Of a DNA stretch of 64,000 nt, positions 57,215-64,000 are shown piece after piece. This DNA comes from Actinomycetota bacterium (lineage in GTDB: Bacteria; Actinomycetota; Acidimicrobiia; Acidimicrobiales; Acidimicrobiaceae). Each line of letters begins with the position of its first letter. The first letter of the stretch is position 1. A model generated the notes under the pieces. It saw nothing but the letters and a program-made list of their open reading frames with translations. It had not been told where the DNA came from and did no database searches. The translations under genes were made by a program, and so were the position numbers. Location: NCBI GenBank assembly GCA_027366165.1, contig DAHXKX010000100.1, forward strand, positions 3,720-67,719, read 5' to 3'.

Positions 57215-58393
57215 TCATACGTCTCCCAACCGCTCCTCCAAAATTTGCGCCAAACCAACCAACTCCTCTTCAGAGCCCGGCTTGCCAACCACCTGCACCG
57301 AAAGCGGCATTGGTTCCACCCCATCGCCACAAAAACCCATTGGGGCATATTCTCTTCTGAGTTCGAGACGACTCCTAAGGCCGCCGCCGAGAAAAACCGG
57401 TATTGAAACCGCCGGCAGACCGACAAGATTGAACGGAAGCGTATTCGCGTTCAGCGGTGCGGCCTTTGCTTCTCTGAATGTTGGAACTGGAACCTTGAGA
57501 GTCGGAAGGGCAAGGAAGTCATGCCTGGCAAAAAGATCGCCGAGGTTGGATTGGAATATGCTCTTCGCGGCCGCTGCCCTCTCAATGTCTTTTAGTCCAT
57601 AGTTGCGTGCTTTTTCGAAACGGGCCACTATCGCCGGATCCAACCGGTGTGACTCGGCGAGAAGCGTCCTGTTGCTCTCCAACGCCTCTACCATCATCAC
57701 GCAAAGTCCAGCTTCCCATGCAGACCCAAGACCTGGATCCGCAACACGATCCACCTCTAATTGAAGCATGACCAGGATTCGTTCAATCAGAGTCAGCTGT
57801 TCGGCCGGCCCCGAACCGGTGAGGATCGCTATTTTTGGCTTGGAAAGGGACCTGGACATGAACTCCGGCTCCAGCATTCTCATACCCAAGGCCAATTTCG
57901 TGCTGTCCGACGCCATGGGCCCAACCGTGTCAAGCGAGGGTGCCAACGGCCAGACTCCGCCGAGAGGAATTCGGCCAAATGTGGTTTTCAGGCCGAATAC
58001 TCCGCAGCATGCGCTTGGAATTCTTATCGATCCGCCAGTGTCGGACCCGAAGGCAACGTCGAGTTCACCAGTGGCCACGCCGACTGCGGACCCGGAACTT
58101 GATCCTCCTGGGATCAGGTCTGGATTCAGTGGATTCGAGGGAGTCCCAAACCAGGGATTGACACCCGTGGCACCGAAAGCCAACTCGTTGAGATTCGTCT
58201 TAGCGACTATTTGAGCGCCTTGATCCCGCGCCCCCCAAAGAAGAGGGGCATCACTGGCAGCGGGTATTGCCCTCGTAAAAACCAGACGTGATCCAGCTGA
58301 GGTGAGAGTTCCCTCAACATCGATGAGGTCCTTGACTCCCAGACGAAGACCACTCCCCTTTGAACCGAAGTAAGAGATAGCCCACTCGCGCAT
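57215..58393 (-). CDS. Amidase signature family protein (short form)
   Basis: Carries VKDLIDVEG (Lys), GGSSSGSAV (cis-Ser) and GSDTGGSIRIPS (Ser nucleophile). At 392 aa it has a shorter N-terminus than usual. Confidence 0.82.
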   Translation of the reverse strand: MREWAISYFGSKGSGLRLGVKDLIDVEGTLTSAGSRLVFTRAIPAASDAPLLWGARDQGAQIVAKTNLNELAFGATGVNPWFGTPSNPLNPDLIPGGSSSGSAVGVATGELDVAFGSDTGGSIRIPSACCGVFGLKTTFGRIPLGGVWPLAPSLDTVGPMASDSTKLALGMRMLEPEFMSRSLSKPKIAILTGSGPAEQLTLIERILVMLQLEVDRVADPGLGSAWEAGLCVMMVEALESNRTLLAESHRLDPAIVARFEKARNYGLKDIERAAAAKSIFQSNLGDLFARHDFLALPTLKVPVPTFREAKAAPLNANTLPFNLVGLPAVSIPVFLGGGLRSRLELRREYAPMGFCGDGVEPMPLSVQVVGKPGSEEELVGLAQILEERLGDV

Positions 58394-58407
58394 TCGTTGG
58401 CTTCCAA

Positions 58408-59541
58408 TCAGCTGAAACTGTCGGTTCCTGCAATGTTGCCGGCTGCGGTCATTACCTTCATGGCACTTGCTTCTCCCTTGAGATAGTAGTCCAGGAATGA
58501 CCCCGTGACAGCCTGCACAGCCTGGGAATACGCGCCCACTTCCTGGTAGCCATCCAAGTGGTCGGCACCTGTCAGGCTAAGATAGTATTTCGGTGAACCT
58601 GCCGAGGCGAACACCGTCTGAGACTGGGAGGGCGGATTTATGGTATCCGCGGTTCCCTGGACGACCAGAAGCGGAGGACCTGCAGTAGTGAAGTACTGTC
58701 CCGGATACGAGCTCAGTTCGGCCCCCGACAGACTGATCACGGCTTTCACGCGCGCGTCTTTACAGCACGAGTTATACCCAACCGCAAGGGCGTCGTCTGC
58801 GCCATCGCTCTGGCCAGCCACAGCAATTTCACCTGTATTGATCAAACCGAAAAAGACCGATGCCGCGGTCGCATTCTGATTCATCATGAAACTAATTGCG
58901 GCTGAAAGGTCACCCGGCTGATTCAAGATATCGGCCTCCCAAGGTCCTCCAACTGAATTTGGCTGCGAGAGCGGGAACTGTGGGGCGGCCACGATGTAGC
59001 CCTCGGAAACCCAGTAATCCAATATGAGCGAATAGGCACTTGGCGGTTCAAGATAACCGTTTCCGAACACAACCAGAGGAAACGACCCGGCAGCGCGGTC
59101 CGGCTTAGCTCCGTATTGTAGCGCTCCAGGTGTCCCTTGAACGGGATAATAGACATCGAGTGGCATCGAGCGCACAATGCATCCTGTCAACGCTCCGCGG
59201 GGAGCACACAGGTACTTGCCGGGTTCCGACAGTGTGAAACTCGTATCTCCAACTGCAAAAAGTGGTTTGGCTGGCTGCTGCGCGCCTGCAGTCGTTGTTG
59301 TCGTGACGATTGTCGTCGTAGTCGAGGTGGGCGACGTCGTCGTTGTGGATGGGACCGGAGTCACAGGGACGATCGTTGGGGTTGAAACTGGACTCTTTCC
59401 ACTCATGGCCGAGGAGTGGGCGCTCGCTACGATGTAAGCTGCAACACCAAACAGAGCCACAATGACAGCAATCATTGCTATGCGTGAAGCCAGCGGCGGT
59501 GAAGATCTGCGGTTGCTATGCCTAGGGCGATTCTGTGCCAA
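58408..59541 (-). CDS. Membrane-anchored secreted alpha/beta hydrolase (chlorophyllase/PAF-acetylhydrolase-like)
   Basis: An N-terminal TM anchor is followed by a Thr-rich linker (TTTTSPTSTTTTIVTTTTTAG), a GQSDG nucleophile elbow, and later D and H residues. Confidence 0.7.
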   Translation of the reverse strand: MAQNRPRHSNRRSSPPLASRIAMIAVIVALFGVAAYIVASAHSSAMSGKSPVSTPTIVPVTPVPSTTTTSPTSTTTTIVTTTTTAGAQQPAKPLFAVGDTSFTLSEPGKYLCAPRGALTGCIVRSMPLDVYYPVQGTPGALQYGAKPDRAAGSFPLVVFGNGYLEPPSAYSLILDYWVSEGYIVAAPQFPLSQPNSVGGPWEADILNQPGDLSAAISFMMNQNATAASVFFGLINTGEIAVAGQSDGADDALAVGYNSCCKDARVKAVISLSGAELSSYPGQYFTTAGPPLLVVQGTADTINPPSQSQTVFASAGSPKYYLSLTGADHLDGYQEVGAYSQAVQAVTGSFLDYYLKGEASAMKVMTAAGNIAGTDSFS

Positions 59542-60012
59542 CTAAGCCTTACCCGACTGGACTTTCTCAATCCTAGCGATCTTCTCCAACCTGGCGACGT
59601 GACGACCGCCTTCAAATGGTGTCGACAAGAAGACCTTCAAAATCTCCAGTGCGTACTCTCTGGCCAAAATCCGGGCGCCAAATGAAATTACGTTCGCATC
59701 GTTGTGTGCGCGGGCCAGATGCGCCAAATACTCATTTACGCATAACGCTGCCCGAATCCCGTGAACTTTGTTGGCTGCAATTTGCTCGCCTTGACCTGAT
59801 CCACCAATTACAACGCCAAAATCAGCCTTGCCGGCGACAACGGATCCTGCCGCGGCAACGCAATAGTCCGGATAATCAACGGGATCAAGGGAGTTGGTTC
59901 CGTGGTCAATGACTTCGTGACCCATGGCTATCAGCTCAGGCTTCAAAAACTCCTTGAGCTCATAGCCAGCATGGTCGCATCCTAAAGAGACCTTCAAATC
60001 AGTTCCTTCCAT
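59542..60012 (-). CDS. rpiB: Ribose-5-phosphate isomerase B
   Basis: Carries LGCDHAGYELKEFL and GIRAALC motifs. Length is 156 aa. Confidence 0.9.
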   Translation of the reverse strand: MEGTDLKVSLGCDHAGYELKEFLKPELIAMGHEVIDHGTNSLDPVDYPDYCVAAAGSVVAGKADFGVVIGGSGQGEQIAANKVHGIRAALCVNEYLAHLARAHNDANVISFGARILAREYALEILKVFLSTPFEGGRHVARLEKIARIEKVQSGKA

Positions 60013-60030
60013 GCACGATGCGCAGCTACG

Positions 60031-60525
60031 TTACAAATAGGTGCCTGGCATATGGGCGGCTGGCTCGTCACCGGACGGCAAGCCTCTTCGGCGCATATCT
60101 TCCAGCTGGGCCCTGGCCGCCGTCTGCTGAGCAAACAGGGTCGCTTGAATCCCGTGGAATAGGCCCTCCAACCAACCAACCAGCTGCGCCTGGGCAACAC
60201 GAATTTCAGCCTCCGAAGGTGGCCTGTTATCGGAAAACGGAAGGCTGAGCTTCTCCAACTCCGAACCCAGATCAGGTGACAAACCCTCCTTAAGCTCATC
60301 CACAGAAGTCTGGTAGATCTCGGCCAACCTATTGCGGCTGGCTTCGTCCAACTCCACACCCCGAACCTCGTCCAGTAGAGTCTTGATCATGGAGCCAATG
60401 CGCAGAACCTTCGAAGGAGAGTTGACAGATTCCCGATTTTGAAGATCCTGGTCTTCTAGCCCCTGCTGGCCGCTGGTCTCCGGAATCAGCAAAACCTTCT
60501 CAGAATCATTAACGGATCCAGTCAT
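60031..60525 (-). CDS. bpa: Bacterial proteasome activator (Bpa/PafE family)
   Basis: It is close to M. tuberculosis Bpa from memory: KVLRIGSMIKTLLDEVR, DEASRNRL and AQAQLVGWLEGLFHGIQATLFAQQ. The C-terminal GTYL corresponds to the GQYL HbYX-like motif. ATG at 60525 is preceded by AAGGAGG. Confidence 0.85.
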   Translation of the reverse strand: MTGSVNDSEKVLLIPETSGQQGLEDQDLQNRESVNSPSKVLRIGSMIKTLLDEVRGVELDEASRNRLAEIYQTSVDELKEGLSPDLGSELEKLSLPFSDNRPPSEAEIRVAQAQLVGWLEGLFHGIQATLFAQQTAARAQLEDMRRRGLPSGDEPAAHMPGTYL

Positions 60526-60581
60526 AGTCCTCCTTCGGACACTACGCAACACTCAGACACCCTAAGAGTCTAGATCGCAAC

Positions 60582-61859
60582 TTATGCCAAATAGCTCAGC
60601 AAGGGAACCTGTAGTTCATCTTCAGTGAGCGACCCATGCCGACAGACGAGATTGTAGGGTCCGGTATCGAGCGGATCGTAAAATGCCACATTCGTCTTGG
60701 CGATCAGGGCAACCTCGCCAAGACGCGAGACTTGGAACCCATTCTCAGCCGAAGACCCGTAATATCCACCTTGAATTAATTGATCCCTGGTGACCACCCA
60801 AGCATCGCTTCCATACAACTCATTGCAAATCTCGACAACTTTGTCTAGATGACCACCTTTCAGGTGCAGCCATCGAAATCTACCTTCCCCGCTTAGCACC
60901 CGGGTGGACTCAAGAATCCTTTCGTCAAGTTCGATTGGTGCGGCAGGCACCTCCACCTGACCATGATCCGAGGTTACCAACAGCAGAGCCCCTCGGGGCA
61001 ACGAGGAAACTAACCTGCCAAGCAGGTAATCGACGAAACGTAGCTCTTCCAGATAACAGTCTCTCAGGCCGTACTCATGAGCAACGGTGTCGATTCCTTC
61101 GTAATATGCATACACAAACGCCTCACCGCCACGAAGCAACTCTTCCACGTGATCCACCATGGTGGACGGCAATCTGTAGTCGAATATCTGAGTATTGCGC
61201 AAATGGGCCTTGGTGAACCCAGTGTGCTGGTACTGAGCCTTGGTGACCACCTTGGGCCAAAAATTCAAAAAAGGGATCTTGGATTGGACGTCCTCTGGTT
61301 TGGGAGCTCTCGAATCCGAGTCGGGCGACATGGACCAAGAAAGCGAATTCATCACCTTGTCACCATCGAGCCGCATGCGATATCCCAAGAGCCCGTGTGT
61401 GGCAGGCGTAGCCCCCGTACTGATTGATGTCAATGCGGTTGCTGTGGTCGTCGGAGCCACGGATGAGATTCGGCGCTGCGAAAAAAGGGGCAGATTGGAC
61501 AGAGCATCAGAGCATCGCACCAACTGCGTAAACCCCAAGCCATCGAGTACAAGAAGAACGATCTGGGAAGCATCGCTGACCTCTTCTGGCACCCAAGATT
61601 CCAAATCAGGCGTAAGCCCGGGATTGATAGTGAAGACCTTCTCCTCTATCTCACTGCTGCTTCGACTAAATAATGAACCGCGGGTCCGGGCCAGATGAAG
61701 AAAGATGGACGGCACAACGTTGGTGATTCCCGCGCCCCGATAGTCTGGAACAGGAGGCATATCAAATATCTGCTGGGGACTCTTCTCTGCTGTCGATTCC
61801 AATTCAACCCCATTGCTTATCACCAGTAGTGGTTCAACACCTGTATTAGCATCTTCCAA
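60582..61859 (-). CDS. Alkaline phosphatase superfamily protein (nucleotide pyrophosphatase/phosphodiesterase-like)
   Basis: Metal-ligand blocks are VLLVLDGLG, SVAPTTTATALTSISTG and VTSDHG. Confidence 0.7.
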   Translation of the reverse strand: MEDANTGVEPLLVISNGVELESTAEKSPQQIFDMPPVPDYRGAGITNVVPSIFLHLARTRGSLFSRSSSEIEEKVFTINPGLTPDLESWVPEEVSDASQIVLLVLDGLGFTQLVRCSDALSNLPLFSQRRISSVAPTTTATALTSISTGATPATHGLLGYRMRLDGDKVMNSLSWSMSPDSDSRAPKPEDVQSKIPFLNFWPKVVTKAQYQHTGFTKAHLRNTQIFDYRLPSTMVDHVEELLRGGEAFVYAYYEGIDTVAHEYGLRDCYLEELRFVDYLLGRLVSSLPRGALLLVTSDHGQVEVPAAPIELDERILESTRVLSGEGRFRWLHLKGGHLDKVVEICNELYGSDAWVVTRDQLIQGGYYGSSAENGFQVSRLGEVALIAKTNVAFYDPLDTGPYNLVCRHGSLTEDELQVPLLSYLA

Positions 61860-61916
61860 CTACAGATTAGGTCCGTTAACCACTATACGGCTATTCAAAG
61901 TGACTACTATGGATAC

Positions 61917-62393
61917 GTGAAAGTCTCGACACGAGGTGACTATGCCTCTAGAGCCCTATTATCTTTAGCTTTGCACTCGGACGATCCCGGTCCAACTTCC
62001 GTCAAAGACGTCGCGGACAGGACGGGCTTGCCACAACCCTATCTCGAACAAATTCTTCTCGCACTTAAAGGCGCAGGCCTTGTCAGATCGAAAAGGGGCG
62101 TGGGTGGTGGATATATCTTAGCCAGAAAACCGACCGACATCACGCTTGCGCAAATTGTCTCCGCAGTCGATGGCCCAATAGTTGCCGGAGATTTTGGTTT
62201 GCCTCACGAGAACGGGGCCTGCGAGCATGAAGGACAGTGTGTCCTCCTTGCCGTCTGGGAAAGTGTGGGCGAACATATGCGAAAGCACCTCAACTCATTC
62301 ACGTTGGAAGATATGGTCAACCGTGCGCGTGGCAATGAGGGCGAGTCCGAGAACATAGGTGATCTCGTCGATGACGACCCTTTCGAACACTAG
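61917..62393 (+). CDS. Rrf2 family transcriptional regulator
   Basis: The N-terminus is (M)KVSTRGDYASRALLSLAL, with a winged HTH. Cys residues occur only at CEHEGQC. Confidence 0.85.
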   Translation: MKVSTRGDYASRALLSLALHSDDPGPTSVKDVADRTGLPQPYLEQILLALKGAGLVRSKRGVGGGYILARKPTDITLAQIVSAVDGPIVAGDFGLPHENGACEHEGQCVLLAVWESVGEHMRKHLNSFTLEDMVNRARGNEGESENIGDLVDDDPFEH

Positions 62394-64000
62394 TGGTGAC
62401 TCGCATACCAGGGAAGACATTGACCGACTGATTTCACGTTGGGAAACCGATGTTGTACTCTCCGATGGAGGAACGGTCAAGATCAGGCCGATACTTCCAT
62501 CTGACGCGCACCTGATCGAGAAGCTGCACGCTTCCCTGTCGCCGGAAACAATCTATTTCCGCTTCTTCTCCCCCATTCCTAAGCTAAGCGAAACAATGCT
62601 ACAAAGGTTTGTGAACGTCGACTACTCAGACCGCATGGCCTTCGTGGCGATCTTTCGGGAGGAGATCATCGCGGTGTCAAGATATGAACGTCTCCCTGGC
62701 AGATCTGAAGCCGAAGTGGCATTTTTGGTAAGCGACGCGCATCAAGGACGGGGCCTAGGTTCAATCATGCTGGAGATGCTCGCGGCAAGAGCCAGTGAGG
62801 CAGGTATCACAAGGTTCATGGCCGACACCCTTCCCGAAAACCAGAGGATGCTCCGGGTATTCAGGGGAGCCGGATACAAAGACTCGCGATCCTTTGGAGA
62901 CGGCGTAGTTCGGGTGGTGTTTGACATTGAACCCACTGCTCAATCCGTCCAGAAAATGTACGACAGGGAACGAAGTGCGGTTGCAAAGTCAATTGGTAAG
63001 ATTCTTTCTCCAAAGTCGATCGCGGTCGTAGGAGCGAGCACAACAGCTGGATCAATCGGCAACCTGCTGTTCAGGAACATACTTGAAAGTAGTTTCAACG
63101 GAACGGTATACCCAGTCAATCAGCACGCCGACTCAGTTTCCAGCGTGAAGGCGTACGGTTCGCTGGGTGCCATACCCGACGAGATCGATCTCGCCATAAT
63201 CGTCGTTCCGGCCAATGAAGTCCAGTCTGTCGTGGCCCAGGCTGCGGAGAAAGGGGTAGGAGGACTGGTCATCATCTCCTCCGGCTTTTCAGAAACCGGG
63301 ATCGAAGGTGCAAAAAGGGAGCGCGAGCTTGTGCGCTTCGCACGTCAAAACGGAATGCGGATCGTCGGACCAAATTGCATGGGCGTGGCGAATACAGATC
63401 CCACAATATCATTGAACGCCACCCTGGGGCCTAATGGACTGCTCCCCGGAAAGGCGTCGCTTATAGCCCACTCCGGAGCACTCGGACTTGCGATAGTCGA
63501 AGAGGCAAGGCGGCGCGGAATTGGAATGGCGACCTTCGTATCGTCAGGCAATAGGGCCGACGTTTCAGGAAATGACCTGATGCACTACTGGGAACAGGAT
63601 GCGAATACCGAGGTAATTCTTCTTTATCTCGAAAGCTTCGGTAATCCGCGCTCTTTCGTACGAATCGCTCGTCGCCTTTCCAAAGACAAACCTATCGTGG
63701 CAGTTAAAGCAAAAAGAGTTGCAACAGTTCCACCAACAATGTCAATCTTCCAAAGGACCCGTCCAGTTGAAGACCAGTTCACTCCATCAGATGCCTCGGG
63801 AATGCTCGGCATTCCCGCTCTAAAGGGACAGGAGTTGGAGACCTCCGCCATCACCGCCGACGAGGCGGTTGATGCTATGTTCTCCCACACCGGCGTGTTA
63901 AGAGTGAGTAGCCTCCAGGAACTCTTTTCCCTTGGCCACGCTCTTGCAACCCAACCGTCACCACGTGGACCCAACGTAGCGATCCTGTCCAATACTGGGG
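62371..64000 (+). CDS. GNAT acetyltransferase fused to an NDP-forming acyl-CoA synthetase-like domain (Pat-type protein acetyltransferase), 3' end outside the window
   Basis: Not in the ORF track because the frame stays open to the right edge. Hand translation gives the GNAT segment (AFLVSDAHQGRGLGSIMLE), then the CoA-binding segment (PKSIAVVGAS...GSIG) and IVGPNCMG. The ATG at 62371 overlaps the Rrf2 gene by 23 nt. Confidence 0.8.
   Translation, partial: MTTLSNTSGDSHTREDIDRLISRWETDVVLSDGGTVKIRPILPSDAHLIEKLHASLSPETIYFRFFSPIPKLSETMLQRFVNVDYSDRMAFVAIFREEIIAVSRYERLPGRSEAEVAFLVSDAHQGRGLGSIMLEMLAARASEAGITRFMADTLPENQRMLRVFRGAGYKDSRSFGDGVVRVVFDIEPTAQSVQKMYDRERSAVAKSIGKILSPKSIAVVGASTTAGSIGNLLFRNILESSFNGTVYPVNQHADSVSSVKAYGSLGAIPDEIDLAIIVVPANEVQSVVAQAAEKGVGGLVIISSGFSETGIEGAKRERELVRFARQNGMRIVGPNCMGVANTDPTISLNATLGPNGLLPGKASLIAHSGALGLAIVEEARRRGIGMATFVSSGNRADVSGNDLMHYWEQDANTEVILLYLESFGNPRSFVRIARRLSKDKPIVAVKAKRVATVPPTMSIFQRTRPVEDQFTPSDASGMLGIPALKGQELETSAITADEAVDAMFSHTGVLRVSSLQELFSLGHALATQPSPRGPNVAILSNTG

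Noticed and set aside
57215-58393. Amidase as an N-terminally truncated pseudogene
   Set aside because: The Lys, cis-Ser and Ser catalytic motifs are all intact, the frame is uninterrupted, and only 14 nt separate it from the upstream gene. It is more likely a naturally short form.
1-64000. CRISPR arrays, rRNA or tRNA genes
   Set aside because: I found no regularly spaced direct repeats of 25-40 nt and no rRNA or tRNA signature sequences on reading the window. This is a visual scan only, so tRNAscan, Infernal and a CRISPR finder should confirm it.

Overview
This window is a 64-kb chromosomal core segment of an actinobacterium. The assignment rests on gene order and protein signatures: yceD-rpmF-plsX, coaD-rsmD-recG, rpmB, thiL, ddl, a menaquinone cluster (menD/H/A/B/E), dnaE, and rpiB next to the proteasome activator bpa. 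I call about 58 protein-coding genes. Most are on the minus strand and tightly packed, with several 1-4 nt stop/start overlaps. I recognised no rRNA, tRNA or CRISPR array. GC content was not computed. Three CDSs missing from the ORF track were recovered by hand translation: the plsX 5' part at the left edge, rpmF (59 aa), and a GNAT/NDP-forming acyl-CoA-synthetase (Pat-like) ORF that runs off the right edge. The non-core content is as follows. (1) At 12.0-14.1 kb, an orphan type IV coupling protein-like ATPase without a transmembrane domain sits 63 nt downstream of a decayed IS200/IS605-family tnpB relic. (2) At 25.4-25.9 kb there is a second decayed tnpB fragment. The two relics share an ungapped 73-nt 3' block (about 77% identity by hand count). 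Weaker similarity continues about 50 nt past the stop codon, as expected for a transposon right end or omega-RNA scaffold. (3) Four unusually long ORF-poor spacers lie at 24968-25424, 27649-28324, 32252-32736 and 47590-48684; I could not assign any of them to a known ncRNA family. (4) There are two metal loci: a Fur-family regulator plus a NicO/RcnA-like transporter preceded by a near-consensus Nur box, and a molybdate/tungstate-type ABC locus with a fused permease-ATPase and an XRE-PBP regulator. (5) A Mur-ligase paralog next to ddl has its N-terminal domain replaced by transmembrane helices. None of this establishes a new system. The T4CP/tnpB-relic locus and the 1.1-kb ORF-free region are the best leads. 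All family assignments come from motif recognition by eye, not from database searches.
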